DNA of 19,891 bases from Thraustochytrium aureum (taxonomy: Eukaryota), in assembly GCA_012862495.1 (NCBI GenBank), contig BLSG01000310.1, positions 133,576 through 153,466 on the forward strand. The letters are read 5' to 3'. The notes under the pieces were generated by a model. The model saw only the letters and a program-made list of their open reading frames with translations. It made no database searches and was not told where the DNA came from. The translations under genes and the position numbers were made by a program. This document shows positions 9,033 to 18,500 of the stretch, one piece after another; the first letter of the stretch is position 1; every line of letters starts with the position of its first letter.

Positions 9033-11627
9033 GGCGGCGACGACGGCGCCGCCTCCCGAAATAGTCGCCTGGCCCACCTCTGGGCGCTCAACGCGGCTGA
9101 CAATACCGTCTATCGCATCCCGGCCAACGCCAGCGCCCTGAGCTGGCTGCCCGCAAAGATGGGCGGACCGACAGCGGCCGCCCTCGTGCTCGAGTCGCTT
9201 CAGCACCCGCTCAACCTCTTTCTCGCCTGCCATGCAGGACTCGCCGCGAGTGGGCGGTGCACCGTTATTGGATCCAACTGGGACCAACTCGCAGCCTGTG
9301 CAGCGCGCGGCGTGCAGACGCAAGGTGCACTGTTTTGCTTTGCGCCGGACTGGCCGCCCGGCGGCGCGCCCCAACCCGCAGGATTCGAGCTGTTCACTGT
9401 GCTAGCCGTGCCTTTCGCCATCTTGCCGCTCGACCATGCGCTCGCTGCCTCGCTCAACGCGGGGCGCCTTCAGGTCGGCCACATTGCATGGTCGTACCTA
9501 GCAGCGTCATGCCCGCGCGCAGGGGACCCTGCTACGGTAGCCTTTGCGGTGGCGCCCGACGTTTGCGCTGCCATCGTCCAGCTCGACAAGCTCGGCCTTG
9601 CGGTGCCAGGTGCCGCGCACCAACCCGCGTCTCCGCCACTCAGCGTCGCTCGACTTCTCGGCCAGATTTGCCTGGGCGGCGTGGGCCTGGCCTGCGCCGC
9701 GCCAGACAGCGGCCATTGGACGGCCACTCCTGTACCAGGGTACATCGACACCGACGGCACCGTGCGCGTGGTACCGACGCCCCTCGGCGACCTGGCCGTC
9801 GCCCGCGCCGTGCAGTGCCACTGGGCTGTGGTCCAACCCGCCATCCTCGAGGCCGCGCTGTTGGACGCAACTCGGTCGTACGCCCTCGACGCGCACGTCC
9901 TGCGAGGCTCGCCTCTACTCTGTGCCGTAGTTGTACCCCTCGACAGGACCAAGCGGAGTGCAGACAAGCTGTGCACCATCTTGCGCGCTGCGGTTGCCAA
10001 GCTTCAGCCCACTCTCGGAGGAGCAGCTCTCACGGTTGCTGTGGCGCAAGGGCTCCCGAACGAGCAGCACAAGCGACGCTGGGCAACCTGGGCCTCCTTC
10101 AACGCCGCTACGAAGTGCCCAGACCCGCTTCGCCTCGGAGGCTGGCTCCAGTTCGTCTCCAACGGCTCGGCGTTGCATCGAGCAGCAGACCTGCGCGCTG
10201 CAGCAGCGCAAGCCCCTCTCCTATCCTTCCCCGAGACGTTCGGCCCAGAAACAGCTTCAAACACAAGTTTGCCCGCCTCCGTTGCGGAGGAGCTGCTTGG
10301 ACCGCGAGCACGGAACAACCCTCCAAGCCCAACCGCCGATTTTGTCCTCAAGCCCCTGTCGCCGCCGCAAAGCGGGGACCACCTGCCCGCGTGTGCCGGC
10401 CAGCCCAGGAACGCCTCGGTGCACGCCCTGATGCAAGAGCGCGTCGCGCTCGAGAACAAGGTCAACAAGCTGCAGGCCGCGCTCAACGAGGCCCAAGCTA
10501 TGCTCGCCGTGGAGACCGAGAGCCGCCGCAATCTCGCTCACCAGCTCGCAGAAGCGCGCAAGGAAGCGACCGACCACGAGTACTGGCGCCGAATGTACGA
10601 GAGCGCTGTCATGCGCCAGCAGAAAGCCCTCGACGAGGCCCAAAGAAAGCTGGGCTACAGTCAGGGGGCCAGAGCCCGTGACCAGGAGGCCGTCTCTCTC
10701 CGCCTGGGCCGCTCGCCGGCAGGACCCAGCGGCCGCATGTTCAGCCCGTCCAAGCAGCACGTTGACGACCTGTGCCAGATCCTGTGCGCCGCAGAGGCAG
10801 ATCTGGCGCAGATGCAGACAGAGCACCAGAGACACGTCAGTCAGCTGCAACAGCAGGCCTCCCAGATGAACCTCCTGCGTTCGCGCGTCGCGCAGCTCGA
10901 GTACGAGAGAAAGAGCCTCGCGCTCGAGAACAGTGTCGCCGTCGATTTCATGGCGCAAATGGACGCGGGCCACGCCGAAGACCAGGAGAACGCCCCTTCC
11001 GTAAGAAACCGCCTCCCGTCGCCAGGCTACGTGGTGACGCCCGGGCCCGCATCAAAATCCTTCTCTCACAATGGAGGCGGGACGCCGCCGTTTCGCGGCA
11101 GGGACTCGCCAGCGCTCTCCATTTCGCATTTGGCGCGCTCGCCGGGCGCGCTGGGCGAATCGACGCTCTCGACGTCGGCCAAGCTGCCGCGCTGCTCGCA
11201 CCGCCCAATTGCCATCCTCGACCCGTCCGAGATCGTCGTTGACCGCGAGGTTGTGGCCGAGCACATCGAGTTTCTTCGCGGTGTTTTCAGGGACAAGGGG
11301 ATCGCATTTCCTCTGCGCAGGTGCGCCGAGGAGGACAGCGCTCGGGGCGGCGTGGCGTACCTGGTCGAGCGCGCAGGGGCTCCGCTGGCTTCACGCGCGC
11401 CTGCGGAAGGGGAGAACGCTCCGAGTCTGCAGGACGACCCAGCAGAGCCGGGAACAGCGATGGTGGCCGCAGCGCCACGGTCGGGCGAAGCGTATGCCGA
11501 GGTGTTGCGCCTTGGCGTCTATGAAGGCCAACTTGTGGCAGAGCAAGGCGGAGGCGACGCGCACGATTCTGCTGGCCAGCCGCGTCCGCCCGTCTTCGTG
11601 GACCTCCTGCACGTTCTCATCGCCTAG
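9033..11627 (+). CDS. 5'-partial protein (>860 aa): degenerate AMP-binding/ANL-like domain, coiled coil, GAS2/GAR-like C-terminus
   Basis: 822-aa ORF whose frame stays open upstream of ATG 9159 back to the gap (GGDDGAASRNSRLAHLWALNAADNTVYRIP...). ANL-like order of motifs: GQICLGGVGL, WTATPVPGYIDTDG, QPAILEAAL, LCAVVVP, GLP. Heptad-rich region at ~10430-10950. C-terminal FPLRR..AYLV..LRLGVYEGQLVAEQGGG..FVDLLHVL. The CDS is secure; the domains are inferred. Confidence 0.8.
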   Translation, partial: GGDDGAASRNSRLAHLWALNAADNTVYRIPANASALSWLPAKMGGPTAAALVLESLQHPLNLFLACHAGLAASGRCTVIGSNWDQLAACAARGVQTQGALFCFAPDWPPGGAPQPAGFELFTVLAVPFAILPLDHALAASLNAGRLQVGHIAWSYLAASCPRAGDPATVAFAVAPDVCAAIVQLDKLGLAVPGAAHQPASPPLSVARLLGQICLGGVGLACAAPDSGHWTATPVPGYIDTDGTVRVVPTPLGDLAVARAVQCHWAVVQPAILEAALLDATRSYALDAHVLRGSPLLCAVVVPLDRTKRSADKLCTILRAAVAKLQPTLGGAALTVAVAQGLPNEQHKRRWATWASFNAATKCPDPLRLGGWLQFVSNGSALHRAADLRAAAAQAPLLSFPETFGPETASNTSLPASVAEELLGPRARNNPPSPTADFVLKPLSPPQSGDHLPACAGQPRNASVHALMQERVALENKVNKLQAALNEAQAMLAVETESRRNLAHQLAEARKEATDHEYWRRMYESAVMRQQKALDEAQRKLGYSQGARARDQEAVSLRLGRSPAGPSGRMFSPSKQHVDDLCQILCAAEADLAQMQTEHQRHVSQLQQQASQMNLLRSRVAQLEYERKSLALENSVAVDFMAQMDAGHAEDQENAPSVRNRLPSPGYVVTPGPASKSFSHNGGGTPPFRGRDSPALSISHLARSPGALGESTLSTSAKLPRCSHRPIAILDPSEIVVDREVVAEHIEFLRGVFRDKGIAFPLRRCAEEDSARGGVAYLVERAGAPLASRAPAEGENAPSLQDDPAEPGTAMVAAAPRSGEAYAEVLRLGVYEGQLVAEQGGGDAHDSAGQPRPPVFVDLLHVLIA

Positions 11628-12156
11628 CTAGTCCCGCGGTTGCCCGCCCTGACCAGCGAAGGGGCGAGCAGCGAGCCTGCGTCGCGGTAGAACCGGCCTG
11701 CGCCGCCGCAGCCTGTCGCAGCAGATGGCGTCGCGCCCGGCGCTGTATGGTAACGTCGTACATGGTAGAAAAAATCAGTATTGTTGTCCCATTTGTAGCA
11801 GACGCNNNNNNNNNNNNNNNNNNNNNNNNNNNNNNNNNNNNNNNNNNNNNNNNNNNNNNNNNNNNNNNNNNNNNNNNNNNNNNNNNNNNNNNNNNNNNNN
11901 NNNNNNNNNNNNNNNNNNNNNNNNNNNNNNNNNNNNNNNNNNNNNNNNNNNNNNNNNNNNNNNNNNNNNNNNNNNNNNNNNNNNNNNNNNNNNNNNNNNN
12001 NNNNNNNNNNNNNNNNNNNNNNNNNNNNNNNNNNNNNNNNNNNNNNNNNNNNNNNNNNNNNNNNNNNNNNNNNNNNNNNNNNNNNNNNNNNNNNNNNNNN
12101 NNNNNNNNNNNNNNNNNNNNNNNNNNNNNNNNNNNNNNNNNNNNNNNNNNNNNNNN

Positions 12157-13074
<918 letters not shown>

Positions 13075-13180
13075 GCGGCGCGCGGCTGCCTTTTCGCGCT
13101 CGCACCAAGCCACCCATCACCGTCCGACCAGGCGCGTGCCCCTCCCCAATCTCTCACAGCGAAACCCCCGCACACCCGCT

Positions 13181-13283
13181 ACCCTAACCTGCCCTAGCGA
13201 GCTGCCTAACCCTCGCCGACCCTAACCTAACCTAGCTAACCCTAGGCCGAGCCGCCCTAACCTACCTGGGGGGAACCTAACCC
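13181..13283. repeat. Degenerate interstitial telomere-like (C)CCTAA / CCTAG cluster
   Basis: ACCCTAACC, CCTAACCCT, CCCTAACCTAACCTAGCTAACCCTAG, CCCTAACCTA and AACCTAACCC all fall within ~100 bp. Confidence 0.75.
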
Positions 13284-13673
13284 AAAGGAGGGACCGGAAC
13301 GCGTGCACAAGGAGATGGCGGACATGAGCTGGGACGCTTGCAGATGGTCGTCGATGGCACGCTGGAAGACTTCGAGCAAGGAAGCACTGGCAAGCAGACA
13401 AGCAGACAAGCAGAGGTAAGTACTTACTCTCCTCCAAAGAGCTGGGGCAAGTTGAAAGTGGCAAAGTGGTAGAGTATCTTTTTCCATGTCCGTCTCGCGG
13501 CGCAGCACTCATCATCACATTTCTTGCACGCAAGTCCGAAGACAGACACCCAACCCGAGTCTCCTGGCGCGCGAGCGTTCTGCAAGGGATCTAATCGAGC
13601 AGCAGCGACCGCAGAAAGCTGGCCAACTGCTGGCGCCATCGAACAGCGCACGTGAGAGAGGGCGACGAGGAGG

Positions 13674-15083
13674 ATGGACGCCAAGGCCGCGCGACGGGCG
13701 CAAAAACTGCGAGACCAACTCGCTTTCCGTGAGCTCGATGCATGGACTGCCGTCCAAGGGAACGAGTGCATCGGCGAGATGGAGAACAGGCAGGTAGACC
13801 CCGAGGTCGAAAGCCACGCCGGCCAAGGCAGGCTGCGCTCGACGGGCTCTGCCCCCAAGAGCAAGCACCCCGTTTTCAAGTTCAGGTTTGTCCGGAGGGC
13901 AATCAAAATTGTGTTCCCCGACTCGAGCGCAGCGGACGAGCGGTACGGCGGCAGCGGCGACCTCTCCATCCTCGAGGGCGAGCTCCTCGAACCGGACACC
14001 AAGGCCGACACGGTGCTTGTCTTCATGCACCCAAGCGGCATTCAAAACCTGCTCCCGATGCCGGTCGCCATGGCGCGGTCCGGGCTTCACGTCATCACGT
14101 GCTGCAGCAGGTTTCCGAACAACGACAGCTGTCTCATCATGGAAAAGGTGGCTGTCGACCTCGGAGCCTGCGTTCGCCACGCCAAGGAAAAGCTGGGCTA
14201 CAAAAAGGTCGTCCTGTGCGGCTGGAGCGGCGGCGGCTCGCTGTCCGCCTTTTACCAGAGTCAGGCTGAGCATCCCACCATCACCCACACGCCTGCCGGG
14301 GACCGCGTCGACCTCAAGGCAGCGAGTCTCGTGCCGGCCGATGCTTTGATGATCCTCGCAGCGCACATCTCGCGCGCGAAAATCTTCACCGAATGGATCG
14401 ACCCCGCCGTGCTGGACGAAAATGACCCTTCCAAGCGCGATCCCTCGCTCGACTTGTACAATCCCTCCAACCCGAACAAGCCGCCCTTTTCACAGGCCTA
14501 CGTCAAGCGCTATCGCCAGGCGCAGATTGAACGGAACCGTAGGATCACGGCCTGGGCGCGCGACCGGCTCGCCAAACTCGAGGCCGATGCCGTGGCCGGC
14601 GGCGCGCCCGACTGGCGCCAGAACAAGCGCGACGAGGCCTTTAATGTCCACTGCACGCAGGCCGACCTGCGCCGCGTCGACACCACGATCGACCCGAACG
14701 GCCGCGACCCCACGCCTCTTGCGGCGCTCGCCGCTGAAAACCACTCGCCGGTCGGCTTGGCGAGGTTCACCACGCTGCGGAGCTGGCTCTCGCAGTGGAG
14801 CTATGACGCCTCCAACGCGGACGGGCCCTCTAGCATGGCGCACGTCTCGGTCCCTGTGCTTGTTCTGGCCAACGAGGCCGACCACCTTGTGCCGCTGAGC
14901 CACCCGCAGGCCATGTTTGACGCGGTGCCGCACAGCAACAAGGAGTTTGTCCTCGTCGAGGGTGCGACTCACTATTACTTTGGCCAGACCGAGCTGCTCG
15001 CAAAGGCCGTGATGCGGATTGTCGGGTGGCTGAGGAGCCAACGTCTTTTGGAGAGCGAGTTTACTGCCCTTGGTGGTCAGTGA
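13674..15083 (+). CDS. Alpha/beta-hydrolase-fold protein (serine hydrolase, substrate unknown)
   Basis: Intact 469-aa ORF. Oxyanion region LVFMHP, nucleophile elbow GWSGG (Ser185), VPVLVLANEAD (Asp403), VEGATHY (His433). An in-frame stop at 13653 supports ATG 13674 unless spliced. An AAATAA follows the stop. Confidence 0.92.
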   Translation: MDAKAARRAQKLRDQLAFRELDAWTAVQGNECIGEMENRQVDPEVESHAGQGRLRSTGSAPKSKHPVFKFRFVRRAIKIVFPDSSAADERYGGSGDLSILEGELLEPDTKADTVLVFMHPSGIQNLLPMPVAMARSGLHVITCCSRFPNNDSCLIMEKVAVDLGACVRHAKEKLGYKKVVLCGWSGGGSLSAFYQSQAEHPTITHTPAGDRVDLKAASLVPADALMILAAHISRAKIFTEWIDPAVLDENDPSKRDPSLDLYNPSNPNKPPFSQAYVKRYRQAQIERNRRITAWARDRLAKLEADAVAGGAPDWRQNKRDEAFNVHCTQADLRRVDTTIDPNGRDPTPLAALAAENHSPVGLARFTTLRSWLSQWSYDASNADGPSSMAHVSVPVLVLANEADHLVPLSHPQAMFDAVPHSNKEFVLVEGATHYYFGQTELLAKAVMRIVGWLRSQRLLESEFTALGGQ

Positions 15084-15566
15084 CGATCAAAATAAGAAAC
15101 ACCAAGAGCGACACGTGGACCAGGCTCGCGCTCATTCTGGGCAGCGCTTCAGCGCGCCCCGCTGCGTTTGTGACGACGAGCGCGATTGCATGCAAGGACC
15201 TTGGTGGGGTGCGCCCAACGGCGAGCACCTGTCCTGGACGACGGTGTAGGTNNNNNNNNNNNNNNNNNNNNNNNNNNNNNNNNNNNNNNNNNNNNNNNNN
15301 NNNNNNNNNNNNNNNNNNNNNNNNNNNNNNNNNNNNNNNNNNNNNNNNNNNNNNNNNNNNNNNNNNNNNNNNNNNNNNNNNNNNNNNNNNNNNNNNNNNN
15401 NNNNNNNNNNNNNNNNNNNNNNNNNNNNNNNNNNNNNNNNNNNNNNNNNNNNNNNNNNNNNNNNNNNNNNNNNNNNNNNNNNNNNNNNNGGTATGCAATC
15501 AAGTTCAAATCCTACTTGCTTACTTCTTGTTCGCCTCCCTCTCCTCCTTCAAACGCCCGCCCGCAG

Positions 15567-18500
15567 CTAACCCTCCTTGAGGTACTGCGACAGCAGCTTT
15601 CGTTTGTACTTCCACGCCTCGGCCTTGGAGGCGCCCAGCTGCGCGTGCAAAGCGCGCACCTCTTCTTGCAGCGCCTGGGTCTCCATGGCGCGCAAAAAGT
15701 CCGACTCGGCAAACCTCGACGTTGTCGAAGCCGCAGACCCAAACGAAGCTCCTGACGGAATGCGACGCAGCGAACGGTGGTCAGCACCGGCGCCGGCGCC
15801 GGCACCAGCACTAGCAGCTGTACCAGTACCGCCAAGAGGATCTTGCTGTGCTTTGCTCCTCTCCTCCTCTGCTCGTCTGCGCGCCTCTGGCGCAACCAAC
15901 GGGGTCCGCGCCGCACAGTTGGCCATTAGCCGTGCCCAAGCGCGAGATTTTGCGCTCGAATCGCGGCGCTTGGCCCAGTACGAAAGCTTGGTGATCGCAG
16001 ACGCCGCCATCACCATCCAGTCGCGGCCGGGCTCGAGCGCAAAGGACGAAGCAAGCGTCGAGTTCTTGCGCGCGTCAGCGTGGGCTCGCTCCAAAAAGTC
16101 CTCAGAGAGGTACGCGGCGCACAGGTGGGCTTCAAAGTCGAGCACATCCTTGCCACCCGCCGTCGAGTTCGTGTCCTGCCCACTATCAGCGCTACGCAAC
16201 GGCGGCCTTCCAAAAGAATTCACCTTGTACGAAGCCGTGGTGTTCTCCTCGTTGCCCTGCAGAACGAGCCGCTTTTCGCACCGGGCGCTCGCCTCCAAGA
16301 GCGCATCCTGGAACACCTTTGGGGAAATCTTGCCGTCCAAGTTGACAGGCAGCCCCCGCACAAAGCTCTGAATCGGATTAAAGTAGCGCTGATGGGCAAG
16401 CTTGCGACGAATCTTGCGTGCCAGCTCCGCCGGATACATGGCGTAGGCGTAGTAGTACCGGGGCTCCTCCGGGACGCGCTTTCCACTTCCCTCGTGGATC
16501 CCGAACGCATCCAAAGTGATGTGCCCTGCACGCGACGAGAGGCCCGAGAGTCCCAAGAGCGGTGGCAGCGGCGGCGGCGGCGGCGGCGGCGGAGAAAGCA
16601 CCTGTGCAGTCCGCAGCGTTCGAAGTGCCCAGCGCTCAACCGCGATACGCTTCACGCGTAGACTTGCCTTGGAGCTGGCCAAGACGAGCTTGGCTGCCGC
16701 GTTGGTCTGGTCCATTGCAGCGCCGTACACTTCGACAAGCTCCTCAGTGCGCTGAGCCGCAGTGAAGCGCTGCCAGCGAAGCAACGCGCCGCCTTGCACG
16801 GCCACATTGGACGCGTGCCAAGCTTTGAGCAGGAACGCGATGGCGCCCCTTCGGCGCAATTTGACGGCCTCCACCTCGCGTTGAACAAACGACTCGGACA
16901 GCATGGCCTCGGCGTGCTTGCGCTCCGCCTGAATGGCCGCATCAAGCGCGGCTCGCATCTCCGCGCTGTGCGACTGCGCCTTCTGCAAAAGCACGCTGGC
17001 GTTCTCCTCGTGGACCTCGTCGAGCCGCTTTTCAAACGCGGCCTCCATCTCGCGCGTTCGCTTGGCAAACTCGGTGCGCTGTTCTTCTAGGAACCTGCGC
17101 GAGTCGAGCTTTGCGCGCGAGGAGAGGCTCTCCAGCTCTTTCGCGTGCTGGTCCTTGACCTGCGCTAGCTCGTCGGCGTGGTCGCTCTCCCACACGCTCC
17201 GGCACCGAGCGTAGTGCCGCTCTAGCCCGGCACGGTAGTCCTCCATCTCGCGCTGTTTCATCGAGAGCTGCTGCGCGTGATCGCGTCGCAGATCCATGGC
17301 GGCGCGTTCTGCATCGGCCTTGCGAGTTTCCACGTCGACGAGGCGCGCCTCCGTCTCCTTGACATGGATCGAAAGTGTCTCGATCTCGTCACGGGCCCTG
17401 CACAAGTCTTGCTTGGCAGCGGGCTTCTGCTTCGCGGCACTGCTCGCCACCGCGGCCTTGTCAGTGGCGGCGCGTTGAGCGGTCTGCAGGCGCGACTCGA
17501 GGTTGCGCTCGCTGGCCTTCCAGTTTTGCCGTGTGGACTTGAGCTCGTACCGCAGCGTAGCCGCGTCGTTCTCGCTTTGCTTGAGGCGCTGGCTGAGCCT
17601 CGAGAGGCTGCACTTGGCGTCAAAGAGCTCCTTCTCTAGCTGCGACACCTTGTCGGTCTGCTCTTCGAGAAGCGCGTGAACGGCGTGGTTTGAGGACGCC
17701 ATCGTCTCGCCGTCCGCAACGAGCGCGCCGCGCCGAACCTTGGACGTACCATCACCGTCGATGCCGTCGCCTTGCTTGAGCTCGTCGGCGATGCCACTCT
17801 GCGGGCGGGGGGGCTCAAATTGAGCGTCGGGCCCTCCGAGTGCCGGCGATTTGGCTCCAGAGCGACCTGCGCTGGTCCACTTGAGCTCGCCGACGCGAGC
17901 CCGCAGGTCTGTGATCTCGCGGTTCAGCGCCGCACGCTCTACGCGCTCTGACTCGAGCGTCACAAAGTGGCTCTCGCGGGTGCCGCGCAACTCTTCCATG
18001 AGTTCGTCGCGGCTCGAGTTGGCTTGTTCAAGGGCTTCGCGCAGGATTTTGATGTCGCTCTGCAGCCTTGCGCCATCGCGCTGCTCTGCCTCCTTGTCCC
18101 CCAGCGCCTGCGCGAGCGCTTCAGAGAGCTTTACGACGCGCTCGCTCATCTCCTTGGCGCGGCGCTCGGCTCGCAGCCGGCTGTCATTGGCGAGCCGCAG
18201 CTCCTCTTGGGTCTGCGTGAGCCGCTCCAAGTTGCGCGCCGCGGCCGCGGTGGCGGCCTGCTGCGCGGGAGACTTGGACGAGTTGGGGGATCGTGCTTTG
18301 GCGTTCTGCGCGCTTTCCGCAGGGCTTCCCAGCTGGGGCACCNCAGCCCGAGCGCAAGCGCGTTACTTTGCGCGTCGCGGCCCTACCGTTTGGCCCGCAA
18401 GCTGCTCGCGCTTGACCTGACTGCNNNNNNNNNNNNNNNNNNNNNNNNNNNNNNNNNNNNNNNNNNNNNNNNNNNNNNNNNNNNNNNNNNNNNNNNNNNN

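Noticed and set aside
4209..9374. Long ORFs that span N-gaps (e.g. 4209-5288, 8114-9064, 8287-9141, 8601-9374)
   Set aside because: Their length is inflated by runs of N, and the real portions are not protein-like.
11617..11805. C-terminal extension of spermidine synthase beyond the gap as given in the ORF track
   Set aside because: This is an artefact of reading through Ns. The segment is partly AT-rich, looks like the shared 3' region of two convergent genes, and does not resemble the enzyme's C-terminus.
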